Source of the DNA: Octopus sinensis
Taxonomy: Eukaryota
Length of the DNA stretch: 64,000 nucleotides
Reading direction: 5' to 3'
NCBI RefSeq assembly: GCF_006345805.1
Contig: NC_043012.1
Location: 248,001-312,000, forward strand
Shown here: one piece after another, positions 12,665 to 25,503 of the stretch
Position numbering within the stretch: position 1 is the stretch's first letter
How the letters are laid out: the number at the start of each line of letters is the position of its first letter
Notes under the pieces: model-generated
What the model was told of the DNA's origin: nothing
Databases searched by the model: none
What the model saw: only the letters and a program-made list of their open reading frames with translations
Translations under genes and position numbers: made by a program

Positions 12665-13461
12665 ATATATATATATACATATACATAGATTATTATATAT
12701 ATAATATATATATATATAGATATATATATATATAATATATATATGTTTGTCCGTCTATTTGTCCCTCACCAGCATGAGAAGTAAATGGTTAGTTAAAGAT
12801 GTTTTTGCTTTCGAAGAGTGATGGCCATGATCATGTAATCATGTAATTGTTTCGTACATAAACTCGCTAGATCGCTTAATATTAACTTCTTTTATTTTTT
12901 TTTTTTTTAAACAGTTAAGCGTGATCGATTGGAACTCTTGCTTGCTTACCACACACAGGAATGTAAGACACCGCGTAGAATTTTCTCTCGCTTGCGCATA
13001 CTTTGTCTATTCAGCACTCAAAAGCTTATTAATACATTAATACAGACACGGAATTGTTATAATAAAGCCCACCTTCTATCATCTTATCACCACCAAAATA
13101 AATGCCAGAAAACTCAGTAACTATTGATTTCCTGTAATCAGTAAAACTTTGCTCAGTTTCAATGAAGCATCACGATACATGTCGTTTGTATTACATTTTT
13201 CACTGGAATGTATCACCTGTAATTCTAGGAATTGCTAAGAATGCTAAGCTTACATGATTTACCTATCCTATGTTCATTATCCGCTGAGATACGATTACAG
13301 GTTGCTAGTAATTGTTATTTGATTGGATAAACAGAAATTGTTTACATATTATCAAATGTACTTATAAAGATTCTAATGCGCACGACACAAGAAACACACA
13401 CGTACATAATACAAGCATACCTACATATATGTTACTTATATCTTCATATATATATATATAC

Positions 13462-13652
13462 ATAATACAAATAAGAAAATGGAGAAACAAATTTAGTTTG
13501 TTCATCAAATTTCGGATATTAGAATGTTGGATTATTTATTCATTTAACAAAATGAGAACCTTAATAGCATACATATAAATAAACCAACATTCTAATATCC
13601 GAATGTTGATGAAGAAACTAAATTCGTTTCTCCATTTTCTTATTTGTATTAT
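13462..13652. repeat. Inverted repeat (about 75-bp arms) of a retroelement-type end
   Basis: Arms 13462-13538 and 13576-13652; the AAATAAGAAAATGGAGAAA end recurs at about 20325-20345. Confidence 0.75.
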
Positions 13653-13734
13653 TTATTTTATTTTATTTTATCTAGTTTCAGCTCACGAGCTGTGGCCATG
13701 CAGGGGCACCGCCATTTGGTTTTGCTACATGATT

Positions 13735-13995
13735 TTACTTCACGAATGCTTTTTAGCAATTGCCATTTGGTGCATGAGAGAGTTCGATGCAGATGCCCTC
13801 ATCTGCACCTCCTGCCGTGAAGTTGGTTCATCTGGGACACCTGACAGGAAGAGATCCAGTTTTATTTTAAAGACATCTGCATCCAACCCATGCAAGGTCT
13901 CTCAGATTCTTCGGGAGGATATTGAAGAGCTGTGGGCCTCTGAAGCCCAGGCTATCACAGTATCTTGTCCTACATCTTGATGGCATTTACGGTAA
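13735..13995 (-). mobile_element. CR1/L2-clade LINE 3' fragment
   Basis: Minus-strand translation SLGFRGPQLFNILPKNLRDLHGLDADVFKIKLDLFLSGVPDEP. Confidence 0.75.
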
Positions 13996-14226
13996 AAATA
14001 TTTCTTTACCTTCACCAGTTTAATATAATAAATGAGTTAATTGCATTGCAATTAAAAACATTTATGTATTAAGAATCTGGGTACTTTACCAACAGTATAT
14101 TGGATAAATACTATCCCTTAGTGGGTTACACCCATAACCCCTAACTTACTTCGTATATATGTATATATATATAATATATATATATTATATATATATATAT
14201 ATTATATATATAATATATATATATAT

Positions 14227-14511
14227 ACCGGAGTAAACACATAAATGTGAAACAAGGTGGAAAAAAGAGTACTCAAATACCAGTGGTAGAGTAATATGCT
14301 TTATTTAAAGCAGCAGAAAATTCAACAAAATCTGTTACTCTGAGTTTCTCGTTGCCGTTCATCAGACAGTTTCTCAAAACAACTTGTCCGACAGTCCCAT
14401 AGGCCTCCCCTTTGAGAAACACTGATTTTTCTAGCAAAACCTGTCTGATGAACGGCAACGAGAAACTCAGAGTAACAGATTTTGTTGAATTTTCTGCTGC
14501 TTTAAATAAAG
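14227..14511. mobile_element. PLE-type end with perfect 71-bp inverted duplication, flanked by (TA)n
   Basis: 14299-14369 is the exact reverse complement of 14441-14511; 71-bp spacer between them. Confidence 0.85.
14441..14478 (+). ncRNA. Minimal type I hammerhead ribozyme; mirror copy on minus strand at 14332-14369
   Basis: CTGT-CTGATGA-A-CG-GCAA-CG-A-GAAAC-TCAGA-GTA-ACAG: canonical core, GNRA-capped 2-bp stem II, GUA triplet, 4-bp stem I. Confidence 0.65.
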
Positions 14512-15012
14512 TATATATATATATATATATTATATATATATATATATATTATATAATATATATATATATATCCGTAAATATTAGAGAGCCACTTTGAGTA
14601 TGTTAACTCTATGTGCTAGACATAGACCCACCGGTCAAATATATATATATATATATATATATATCTGTATGTGTCTACGTGTATATACGTGTATGTTTGT
14701 GTGTATGTATGTGCGTATATATTTATATATATGTGTGTGTGCAGTGGGGTCGCGTGCATATCTATTTAGTATTCTATTGTGATGTCAGTAGAAAACCACC
14801 TCAGCGCAGACTTAATTGTAGGTCGGTTCGCCTAGATCAGAGTGTATGGACACATCATCCATGTTGCATCTGGAGTCACAGCGTGTTTCGGGACTTACGA
14901 CATACATCCTCTTCCAGGTTGACCCAACCTACATGAACCAGGGTTATCCCCGTGGCGAAGCGACAGTCTCAAAAGCCACTGCATAATGCTGTATATATGT
15001 GTTCGTATGTAA

Positions 15013-15345
15013 TATTATATATATAAAATCCGTTCTGTCTTTCTGTGTGTGTGTCTTCTAGGATCTGGGGCATCTCATATTTGCGCTCAAATTTGATATG
15101 TAGATGCCAACGGTATGAGGGCGTGTATAAGTCTTGAAAAAATTACAAAAATCGATTCCAGGTGAGAATTCGATAAATAAAGTGAATAAAATCGTTTTCC
15201 TTTGGAATAGAAAAAAGTTTATCTTTATTTCTTTTACTGGTGTCTCAAATTTAGGTTAAATCAGTGTTTCTCAAAGGGGAGGCCTATGGGACGGTGGGAC
15301 AAGTTGTTTTGAGAAAATTTGGTTTAAATGTTTGACAACTCAGCA
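15013..15345 (+). mobile_element. Probable non-autonomous Helitron-like element, 3'-truncated
   Basis: Starts TATATATATAAAATCCGTTCTGTCT..., resembling the 5' end of the element at 19092-19490; no 3' hairpin or CTAG seen. Confidence 0.4.
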
Positions 15346-15377
15346 CTGTCCATTGGACGGGGGGGGGGCGTTTTGCT

Positions 15378-15417
<40 letters not shown>

Positions 15418-15617
15418 ACAAAGAAAATAAGACAAAGTAGAAATTGCTAAAATAATTTTACCATGAAGTACATTTTAGTACTTGTTCCCGTCTTTTAGAC
15501 TTTTTCAATTAAGAGTAAAATATCAAAAATATTTCCATAGTCTTCAGATAGTCTGTCTCTGTCTCTTTCTCTGTCTCTTTCTCTGTCTCTCTGTCTCTCT
15601 GTCTCTCTCTCTCTTTC

Positions 15618-15653
<36 letters not shown>

Positions 15654-15754
15654 TCTCTCTCTTCCTTTGTGATTACCTCGTAGGTGAATAGTAGTAATTC
15701 TGAAGGAATAATTTGGGTACAGATAATTGATAGTTGAAGCAAGACCAGCTGCCA

Positions 15755-16812
15755 TTATCTTTGCCTTCAGTTCATCCTTTGGGTTACAAGGAGTTTTCTT
15801 AGTCTCTCCCTCAGCTGAGCCCCACACATAATAATGTAGGGGTTTGCAGTCTGGCCACCTAACTGCCCAGATGTTAGGAGTGATGTGGACGCAGAAATTG
15901 TCTGACAGCTATGGCTGGATTCTTCTGCTTGTGATATTGTGCAGAGTCTTGTTGACAGATATGGGGTATTCCAGCAGCCACTCTCTTGACCCAGGACAGC
16001 ACTACCTCCTCCAGACACTTAATGTAGGTCTCCGTGTTGAGTCTGAGGCCGTGTGGGTAGATGTATGGAGGCATAACGTCGCCATCGCTAGTGATCATTC
16101 CAAACACCCCGGATGGAAGCACTCCGTCGGTTACGACGACGAGGGTTCCGGTTGATCCGATGAACGGAACAGCCTGATCGTGAAATTAACGTGTAAGTGG
16201 CTGAGCACTCCACAGATACGTGTACCCTTAACGTAGTTCTCGGGGATATTCAGCGTGACACAGAGAGTGACAAGGCCGGCCCTTTGAAATACAGGTACAA
16301 CAGAAACAGGAAGTAAGAGTGAGAGAAAGTTGTGGTGAAAGAGTACAACAGGGATCACCACCATCCCCTGTCGGAGCCTCGTGGAGCTTTAGGTGCTTTC
16401 GCTCAATAAACACTCACAACGCCCGGTCTGGGAATCGAAACCGCGATCCTACGACCGCGAGTCCGCTGCCCTAACTACTGGGCCATTGCGCCTCCACATT
16501 CCAAACACCATGATGTTGACTGGATGTGTGATTTTTTTCCCTCTCGGTACATGTTCCCAGTTTTCACTGTCCTCAGACTGACACCCAAACACTCTCAAAT
16601 GTTTGTATTGGAACTTCATGCGCGAATGTCAAACAGTACAGCATGTCGTTTAGAAATTTCTGTGAGAGTGAATTGCGTCATGATGATGTTTTTCCCACAG
16701 ACAGTGACTAACTGACCCTTCTATACTGTGTAGTCGACAAAATCAAAAGCAAGCAATGCGCATGCGTGAAATTCAAAATATAAATTGGTAACAATTTACT
16801 CATCGCACCTTT
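15755..16812 (-). mobile_element. Degenerate DD37D (maT-like) Tc1/mariner transposon, internally deleted, interrupted by a SINE
   Basis: VFGMITSDGDVMPPYIYPHGLRLNTETYIKCLEEVVL..QQDSA; homologous to 27915-28614; degenerate TIR near 16812. Confidence 0.8.
16109..16496 (-). mobile_element. Family C SINE, full length, 13-bp TSD
   Basis: CATTCCAAACACC at 16096-16108 and 16497-16509; splits the transposase coding sequence. Confidence 0.92.
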
Positions 16813-16841
16813 TATGTGTGCATATGCATATATATGCACAC

Positions 16842-17222
16842 GTGGAGGCGCAATGGCCCAGTGGTTAGGGCAGCGGACTCGCGGTCGTAGGATCGCGGTT
16901 TCGATTCCCAGACCGGGCGTTGTGAGTGTTTATTGAGCGAAAACACCTAAAGCTCGACGAGGCTCCGGCAGGGATGGTGGTGATCCCTGCTGTACTCTTT
17001 CACCACAACTTTCTCTCACTCTTACTTCCTGTTTCTGTAGTACCTGTATTTCAAAGGGCCGACCTTGTCACTCTCTGTGTCACGCTGAATATCCCCGAGA
17101 ACTACGTTAAGGATACACGTGTCTGTGGAGTGCTCAGCCACTTACACGTTAATTTCACGAGCAGGCTGTTCCGTTCATCATATCAGCTGGGACCCTCATC
17201 GTCGTAAGCGACGGAGTGCTCC
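16842..17222 (+). mobile_element. Family C SINE, full length
   Basis: tRNA-like head with A and B boxes; near-identical to 16109-16496 in opposite orientation. Confidence 0.9.
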
Positions 17223-19034
17223 TACTATATATGCACACATATATAGAGAGTCAAATCCATTGAAAAGGTTGCAAGACGCAACGAAAATTTTAGAAAAATA
17301 AAAAAGAATTAAATGGAAATCGACTTCAGTAGTAATTGTCAAACCTTGGTATTTATTCTATCGGGTTTTGCTTAAGCGCTAAGTACACAAGTCTCTATAT
17401 TATCATCACTGATTATTTCTTCCTATAGAATACGATTCTATATCTTGAGGCAGACCCATCAATACGTTTACCAATCCTAAATGAGTGATTACTTTACTTT
17501 CTGGAGTTTAAAAAATGTACAAAATAGTAAGTGTATTTAGAATTGAAAACTGATATAAATTTTGCTTTTTCAACTTCTTCTGATGCCGCTAAACCGTCTG
17601 CGTACTTTTTTCTGAATGGAAGTATGAGTAAATCCGAACGAATTACAGATTATGCATTGAGAATGATAACTCTACATCTTTTTCTTCTTGTTCTAGAATA
17701 TTTGAAGCGAGCCATCAAAAGAACTTCTACATGGTCAGTCGATCTACAAGCAATATCAGCCAAATCTCCCTCAGGTTAAGGTCTATGGGTTTAGAAAAAA
17801 ATACATTAGATTGTCAATGCAGAGAAATGGCAGATCAGCCTGGAGAGGTTCCCTAATGTACCATCACAAAATAACTAACTAAAAGGCCATTCATCCATCT
17901 TCACGCATTATTCCTGGAAGTTCAGTCCTCGAACACCTCTCCTATATGGTCCTATCAAAAGTAGTTGTCATTACACGTTTTGGCTTAGGTTCCTTACGCA
18001 TGCGAGATGAGAATAGGACTATCAGGTTTGGAGCATCTTTTCATATTTTGAGTTCAAATTGTAAAACATTCAACTTTGTTTTGTCTAAGTACTAACTGGA
18101 TTTGATATCCTTGACAATACCCACCACCAAGCACCGCCTCTCCTCCTACAAAAATATCTGTCCTTGCGCCTACATTAGAAATTAAGAATATGTCGCATCA
18201 AGCGGCGAGCTGGCTGAAATGTTAGCACGCTGGGCGAAATGCTTAGCGACAGTTCGTCCGTCTTCACGTTCTGAGTTCAAATTCCATTTAGCTATTATCC
18301 CTTCGAGGGTCGATAAAATAATTACTCGATTGAGTACTGGAGCTGATATATATCACCAGAAATTGCCGGCTTTGTGCCAAATTTTGAAACCAATATACGT
18401 CGTGAATATCTGTCGTTTCAGTAGATAACGAAAAGTACTGTGAATTAGATAAAACAGAATTGAAAAGGAATTCGGACTGCTAATTTTATGTTATCATATG
18501 TTGGTTATTGGTGAAGGCCATGCAATATAGGTGAGCCGAGGTCACGACCTGATTTCGATCTCTTTTCTTTTTTGTCGGTTATCGTTATGTTGTTCCTATT
18601 GATGTTGTTGTGACTATTGTTTTAGCGAGAGGTTAGCTTAGATCCAACAAACCTATGATAAAATACTTTACAGCCAATCGTTAACGTTCTCTTCCTTTTC
18701 TTACTGATTTTTAACCATGACATAACACCATTACAGGATATTAGTCAATATTGCCCTTTGTGAAGGATTGTATGGTGTGATTTGAAAGAGATTAAGCTGC
18801 TGTTTTTATCAAGTGGATCGTTTATGCAGCGGCTTCTTCTTGCACTTCAGTCATCCTTATGATATGCGCACACCTCTGTCCCTTCGTTGTAAATAACTGA
18901 GAGAGAAAGGAAGGGAGAAAGGAGAAGAGAGAGAACGAGAGAGAGAGTGGATAAGAGAGAGAGAAACAGAAGGAGAGGGATATCTTTAATTATCTTTACT
19001 GAACAAACTGTTATTGTTTTCTTTTTATTAAACA

Positions 19035-19830
19035 ACTAACTGGCCCCGTGCCGTCAAAAATGACGGCTAATTGTAGTATTTTCTATATAAACTAGCAGTA
19101 TCGCCCGGCGTTGCTCGGGTTTGTAAGGGAAATAAGTATATAAGCATTTTTAGAGATGTAAAGTATAATAGCCATCTCAATATGGCTAACCACAAAGGTG
19201 GGGGTGTTACTGTAGCTTTTTACGTTCTGAGATTTAATAATACATTTTTAGAGAGTTACTTCCCTTATATAATAGCAAAAAAATGCATTAAAATGGAAAC
19301 AAATGATGGTAAATTATTTTTAAAATCGTAGACTCATCGTAGACGCGCGCTAATACCCAGAAGGGCTCGATATGAATCACGACTCTAAGATACCCGGTTT
19401 TGGTTAGACTGCACCGCAAAATGTGAGAGTAGTTAGGAATCTAAATCGTAGGAGACAGACACCACACAACTTCAGTTTTATATATAAAGATAAGATACGA
19501 AACGAAGTTTTTAGTTGAATAATTCTTTTAATACCATTTTTTTTTTTGTAAAAAATCAATCTGTAATTAACATCCCTTGACTGCTTGTTTCCTTAAAAGG
19601 AGTTTTTTAAGTTTTCCTTCCTTCTTGTACACCTTAAGGCCACATAAAGCTGGCCGTGATAAAAACAAGGGAGCTGACAAGTAAATACCAACTTTTTCGA
19701 AGCAACGTTTCCTTTCAGTATTGCGTTCTCCATTACTGAAACCAAACTGAACTCATACGACTTAAAGGCGCAAAAATGTAAAAACTTCCGATTCAAAATG
19801 ATTACATAAATTTTTTAATATAAATAAATT
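19035..19830 (-). mobile_element. Helitron 3' remnant (PIF1-helicase C-terminal motif plus terminal hairpin)
   Basis: ORF 19593-19796 contains PCFYHGQLYVAL, the HGQLYVALSR motif of PIF1/Helitron helicases; GCCGTCA-TTTT-TGACGGC hairpin and TTAG end at about 19040-19070. Confidence 0.6.
19092..19490 (-). mobile_element. Non-autonomous Helitron
   Basis: Minus strand A|TC...CTAG|T termini, with subterminal hairpin CCCGAGCAACGCCGGG just upstream of the CTAG. Confidence 0.8.
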
Positions 19831-19924
19831 AGGTACATGTACGAACTGTTAAATGTTTATTTATAATTTACTTTTCAACTGCTGTCGTTCAAGAGTCTTG
19901 ATACACACAGGCAATACTATTTAC

Positions 19925-20185
19925 TATTTTAATTGTTTCAGTCATTTGACTGTGGCCATGTTGGAGCACCGCCTTTAGTCGAACAAATCGACCCCAGAAC
20001 TTATTCTTTGTAAGCCTAGTACTTATTCTATCGGTCTCTTTTGCCGAACCAATAAGTTACGGGACGTAAACACCACCAGCATTTACACATACACATACAA
20101 TACAACATTACACATACCTACGTACGTACATACATACATACATACATACATACATACATACATCATACATACTATATATATATAT

Positions 20186-20250
<65 letters not shown>

Positions 20251-20285
20251 ATATAGTATATATATATATATATACGCATGTATGG

Positions 20286-20324
<39 letters not shown>

Positions 20325-20677
20325 AAATAAGAAAATGGAGAAATACATCCCAATCAAAATCAATTACCAGATAATACCCAATCACATACTTTATTAAACC
20401 ACCACATAAGAAACTTCAGGGTCGAACATAATAATATATAACCAAACAGTGTACATAAAGAAGTGTACATACAGGAGTAATTTGATACAATAAGTACAAT
20501 ATGTATAAGACATATATACGACGGGCTTCTTTCAGTATCCGTCTACCAAATCCACTCACAAGGTTTTGGTCGGCCCGGGGCTATAGTAGAAGACACTTGC
20601 CCAAGGTGCCACGCAGTGGGGCTAAACCCGGAACCACGGTAATCAAGCTACTTACCTCACAGCCACTCCTACGCCTA
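19925..20677 (-). mobile_element. Family A SINE with expanded internal microsatellite and secondary insertion
   Basis: Tail half about 19925-20085, head half about 20515-20677; unrelated fragment at about 20325-20510 between them. Confidence 0.8.
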
Positions 20678-21205
20678 TAATTATTTTCTCTAATGAGTTT
20701 GTATATGTATATGTTTGTGTAGGTGTGTGTGCGTGATTGTAATAATTATTTGTAACACAACAGATAGAATATGGATGGCAATTCAAATTAATACGCTTGT
20801 CAATGAAATCTACTGGTTGTCTTTTGAGATGTGACATCGATCATCGTTTGTTACTGAAAGAACGCTTGCTCACACAAACAATCAGATACTTCCCTTGTAC
20901 ACGCACACACATACACGCATATACTCACACAGAGTTGAAACGCTGTTTGGTTTTTCCTTTCTTCCTTATTCATCTATCATCCCTTCGTTTCTCATTCATA
21001 TGCTGTGACGGAAAAAAAACACAATACATAAAAGATACACGGCGCTTTCTCTGCCACTTCTTCTTTGTCATTGCTGTTACTTTCTCTTACTCCCTCTCAG
21101 TCATGGCTATTACTCTCACTACTTTTCCTTCACTGAATTACTATTTTTCTCCTCTCTCTTCACTAATACTACTCTTTCTCCCACTCAATTCTACTCCGTG
21201 ATTTT

Positions 21206-21242
<37 letters not shown>

Positions 21243-21266
21243 CACATACATATATAGATATAATAT

Positions 21267-21300
<34 letters not shown>

Positions 21301-22330
21301 CATACACATACAAATATATAAAAACACTACGCTCATTATTATATCAGGAGATTCATCGACTTTAGAGTTTAACTGGCACTTATTTTATCAAGTTCGAAAG
21401 GATGAAATGTAAGGTTGTGCTAGGCGGAATTTGAACGCAGAGCGTTAAAACCCAGAAGAAATGTTGCTAAGCAATTTGTCCATCCTTGCTAAAGATTCCT
21501 GCCTGCTCATCACCTTAACTAAAGAGCGATTAATAAATATGAAATTTAATACTCCTGTTTGGGGTGGGGCTTTATTACTGAAAGAAAAATTCATGAACAT
21601 TTTTTCCAAAAGACCTTTTTTTCAAGGGAATAATTAATATTTTTGGGCGGGGTCCTGCCTTAGTAGAAAAGAATAAAGAATTCGTGGCAGAACGTATTCT
21701 ACGACAGGAATTTTACATAAATCTATTTTTATGTGTACCATAATGACAACTTCATAGATTTCGCTGTCGTAACTAATATTGCTAACGCAATATCCTGCGA
21801 TATTTTACGAGATATCATAAGCAATTTATGATAATGAACAATTGTTATGCGAGATATAATGTCTCATGATAAATAATGACATCAAACCAATGTCTTTTGC
21901 TTCTGATTGATGGGGGTAGGAGCCTCTTCTCGTTTCCACTTGAATTATTTCTTTAAAAGGAGTTCACGTATTTTCAGTACTTTTAAATATTAACACAGAT
22001 CATGAGAATGCACAAACATTACCACACACACACAGCACAGTCATTCACACACACACACACTCTCACACACAAACTCTCACTCACATTCACTCACTCACAC
22101 ACACATACAGATTATCCAACACATGTACAAACTATACGACACCACACCTCCAACCTCTCAAACTCTCTTCAGTTAAATGGTTGAATTCCCTCCAACAACT
22201 TTCTGCGCAAACTCCCCTACAAAGGAAATCACTGCTTCAAAACTCCATTCCTAAGCGATACACCATCAAACCTAGCACTTGATCTGGTAACTGGTAACAT
22301 ATGAAATCAGAACAATAGCCGGAGAAAATA

Positions 22331-22935
22331 CGAGGTACTATCAAAAAGTTCCCAGACTGGTTCTGTAGCGCGCCAACAGATGGCAGCACACGAATGCGTG
22401 TTGATTGAGAGCTATCAGTGCCCTTCATGAGGCAGTGTGCTGAGTAACATCGTTGTGTTTAGTTCGCAAGTTTGAAATGTGTTTTTGTGATCACATGTGT
22501 GTTGTAGTCTGCGATTTTCTCATGGACAGGAATAAAGAGCCAACATGAAATTTTGCGTTAAACTTGGGAAGTCTGTTATAAAGACAGTGAGCATGGTTTT
22601 CTAAGCTTACAGTGACAAGGCAATGGATCGCACGCAATGTTTTGAGTGGCACAGGCAATGGAAGACGATGAACGATCTGGAAGACTTGCCATGAGCGTCA
22701 CCCCCGGGAATGTGGTACTATGCATTGAGAATTCATCCTCCAGGACCAGGCCGCCAATCGAGAGCTCTACAGCGTTTTCAAACGTTTAGGGAAGACATTC
22801 GGCGAAAGTGACCGGATCTCTAGAGCCCAAAGAATTGGATTCTTCACAACGGCAATGCACCCTATCACCGACCGCTCCTTATTCGTGAGTTTCTCGCCAA
22901 AAATATGGTATCACACCTGCACCCGCTCCAGTCGT
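22331..22935 (+). mobile_element. Internally deleted mariner transposon
   Basis: TA|CGAGGTACTATCAAAAAGTTCC terminus; frameshifted remnants MKFCVKLGKS, MEDDERSGR, WILHNGNAPYH. Confidence 0.75.
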
Positions 22936-23390
22936 TCTTATCAATCCCACTAAACGGCTTGTCATGTACTTTATTTAATCGACTCCAAAGGAATGATAGG
23001 CAAAATCGAGATTGACAAGTTTTGAAATCAAGACGTATCTAGCAAGAATAAATTCTGTCAGAGGCTCGATTCCTCCACTCATTGAATGCATGATGATTCT
23101 TGATATAGGTAAACTTTCACGCATACGGTCAGAACACAGCACTAGAATTATATATCAATTCTCACACTATAACCATATGGACCATTTTTCTTACAATCTA
23201 ACCACTTGAATGCAACTTTCAAAATACTACCTTGACTTATCTGGCATTATATTTAGGGGGTATACCTTCATAGAAATACGGACTAACCTCCATACCCTGT
23301 GGAACAAGATGAACTGTGAACTTTATTCTTCTTTATTTATTCTTTTATATACCGTGAATTCTCTGTCTGGAACTTTCCTGCATACACATC

Positions 23391-23462
23391 TTGTCTCTGA
23401 GGATGGAATACCCAGTATATGAAGAGGTTAACCCATCACCTGGGATATCCCAGAAACAGCTA
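23391..23462 (+). ncRNA. Hammerhead relic lacking its cleavage site
   Basis: TTGTCT-CTGAGGA, about 11-bp stem II (TGGAATACCCAG/CTGGGATATCCCA), GAAAC-AGCT; the expected GTAAGAC is missing. Confidence 0.5.
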
Positions 23463-24211
23463 TTTCTCTATTTTTGATTCACCTTACTTTAAATAAATAT
23501 TCTAAATGACCTGGAATACTCGTCCTGCTTCGTTTTGTTTCCGTTTTCCTTTATTACATAACTGTGATGGAAGGTGAGGATAGTTACTTTGAGAAAACTT
23601 TGAGTAAACCTCTAGCCATAATCTAGTTGACAGTCTTTGGCTTTATAATTCTTTTTACTGGATATTGTTTTCATTTCTCAGTCAGAATCACTGACACATC
23701 GTATGGCTGTACATTTTAGATAATAAACACATTTCACGTTTAAGTTTTCTATGTAGTTTCATTTGTACAATTTCAGTTATAAGGTACTTGCCAATAGGAA
23801 GCTATAGAAACGAACATTTACTCAAGGTGACCCGGAACAGGATCGAACACGAGGTATCTTGGTCTGTATATACGCATGTATAATGTTCTTTTAGTCTTTT
23901 ATTTGTTTCAGTCATTTGACTGCAGCCAAGCTGAAGCTTCGCCTTTAGTCGAACAAATCGACACCAGGACTTATGCTTTGTAAGCATAGTACTTATATTA
24001 TCGGTCTCTTTTGCCGAACCGCTAAGTTACGGGAACGTAATAACACCAACATCGGTTGCCAAGCGATGGTGGTAGGACAAACACAGACACACCTCCCCTA
24101 CTTTCCTTCTCGTGTGTGACCCTTCTGTCCGAGTCAGACGCCATGATAAATCGTTAGCCACTACACACATTTTTTTCTCTCCTTGTTTCTCTCCTTGTTT
24201 TTTCTGTGTCC

Positions 24212-24247
24212 CTTTCTTCAGAAGAGCGTAGGCTCGAAACGTAAAAG
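24212..24247 (+). ncRNA. Hammerhead-like motif with non-canonical core in PLE-type end (24110-24330)
   Basis: CTTT-CTTCAGA-A-GAGC-GTAG-GCTC-GAAAC-GTA-AAAG; loopless ACGT stem III. Confidence 0.5.
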
Positions 24248-24471
24248 ACTTTTTCTATTCCTGAGCGTTATACTACAACATCTGTTTGTTTTGTAAACCA
24301 CCTGTCTTTGTCTTTTGTTTTTTTCGTAAACTCTCTATATATAATATATATATATATATATTATATATATATATATATAATTTTAATCCAAACGGGAAAC
24401 AAAAAAACAACAACAATGGAACAATTACAGTATTATTATTAATAGGCGCTCAGGAAAAGGAAGCAGGGAGG

Positions 24472-24505
24472 TATGACGTTTCGAGCGGAGCTCTTCGTCG
24501 GAAAC
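24472..24505 (-). ncRNA. Minimal hammerhead motif (U4C) in PLE-type end (24430-24900)
   Basis: Minus strand GTTT-CCGACGA-A-GAGC-TCC-GCTC-GAAAC-GTC; 3' strand of stem I degenerate. Confidence 0.5.
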
Positions 24506-25414
24506 ATAAGAAGGAAGAGAGAGGAAAGAAAGATCCCAGAGCGGGCAACAGGGAAAGAGAAAAAAGACGACTGGTGTTTACGAGTTGCACATGGTGAAAG
24601 GCGGATGTTTACGAAAACAGAGCAAAGTGGTTTTTAAAGGCAAAAGAGTGGAGGACAAGGTTGGTAAACGCAACAGATGTGTGTGTTGTGTGAGTGTGTG
24701 CGTGTGGCGTGTGTATTGTGGTGTGTGAGGCGAGATGAAAAAACAAAAAAATATATATGTGTGTGTTAGTGTGTGCGTCTGTGTGTAGGCGTGTGAGGTA
24801 GGGCGAGATAGTGGTCAGCTTAGCAGACAAAGGTCAGTAGTAAGAAAAAGAAGGAAGGAGGAAGGGAGGGAGGGGAAGGGGTGGGGGCGTATGTAGCGTG
24901 CCAGCGTATATATGTATATAGTGGTTTTATCTCTAATTTAATACATATATATATCTATATATATATGCATATATGAGTACACGACATCACCAACAGTAAA
25001 CATGAAATACGAAAACAAATAAGAGAGAAAATGGAAAACAGGACAAATATATTCATATATACGACGGGCTGCTTTCAGTTTCTGTCTACCAAATCTACCT
25101 ACAAGGCATTGGTCGGCCCAAGGGTATAGTAGAAGACACTTAACTAATGTGTCACGCAGTGAAACTGAACCCGGAACCATGAAGTTGAGAAGCAGGCTTC
25201 TTACCACACAGCAGCGCACATATATATGTATGTATGTGTGCATGTATGTATGTATGTATATATGCATACATGTTTGTATGCATGTATGTGTGCATGGTGA
25301 TTACGTCACTCCATTTCTTGTCATCCAAAGTGACATACTTATGTATGTCACTATATTTGTATATATATATACACATATATATATATATATTCATATACAT
25401 ATATATATTACGTG

Positions 25415-25447
<33 letters not shown>

Positions 25448-25464
25448 ATATATATATATATATA

Positions 25465-25503
<39 letters not shown>

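Larger units (their letters stand above)
23895..25218 (-). mobile_element. Family A SINE split by about 950 bp of PLE-type ends and microsatellite
   Basis: Tail half about 23895-24090; head half about 25060-25218. Confidence 0.75.

Noticed and set aside
16842-16915. tRNA gene
   Set aside because: It has A and B boxes but continues into about 300 bp of SINE body shared by three copies, with no proper acceptor stem.
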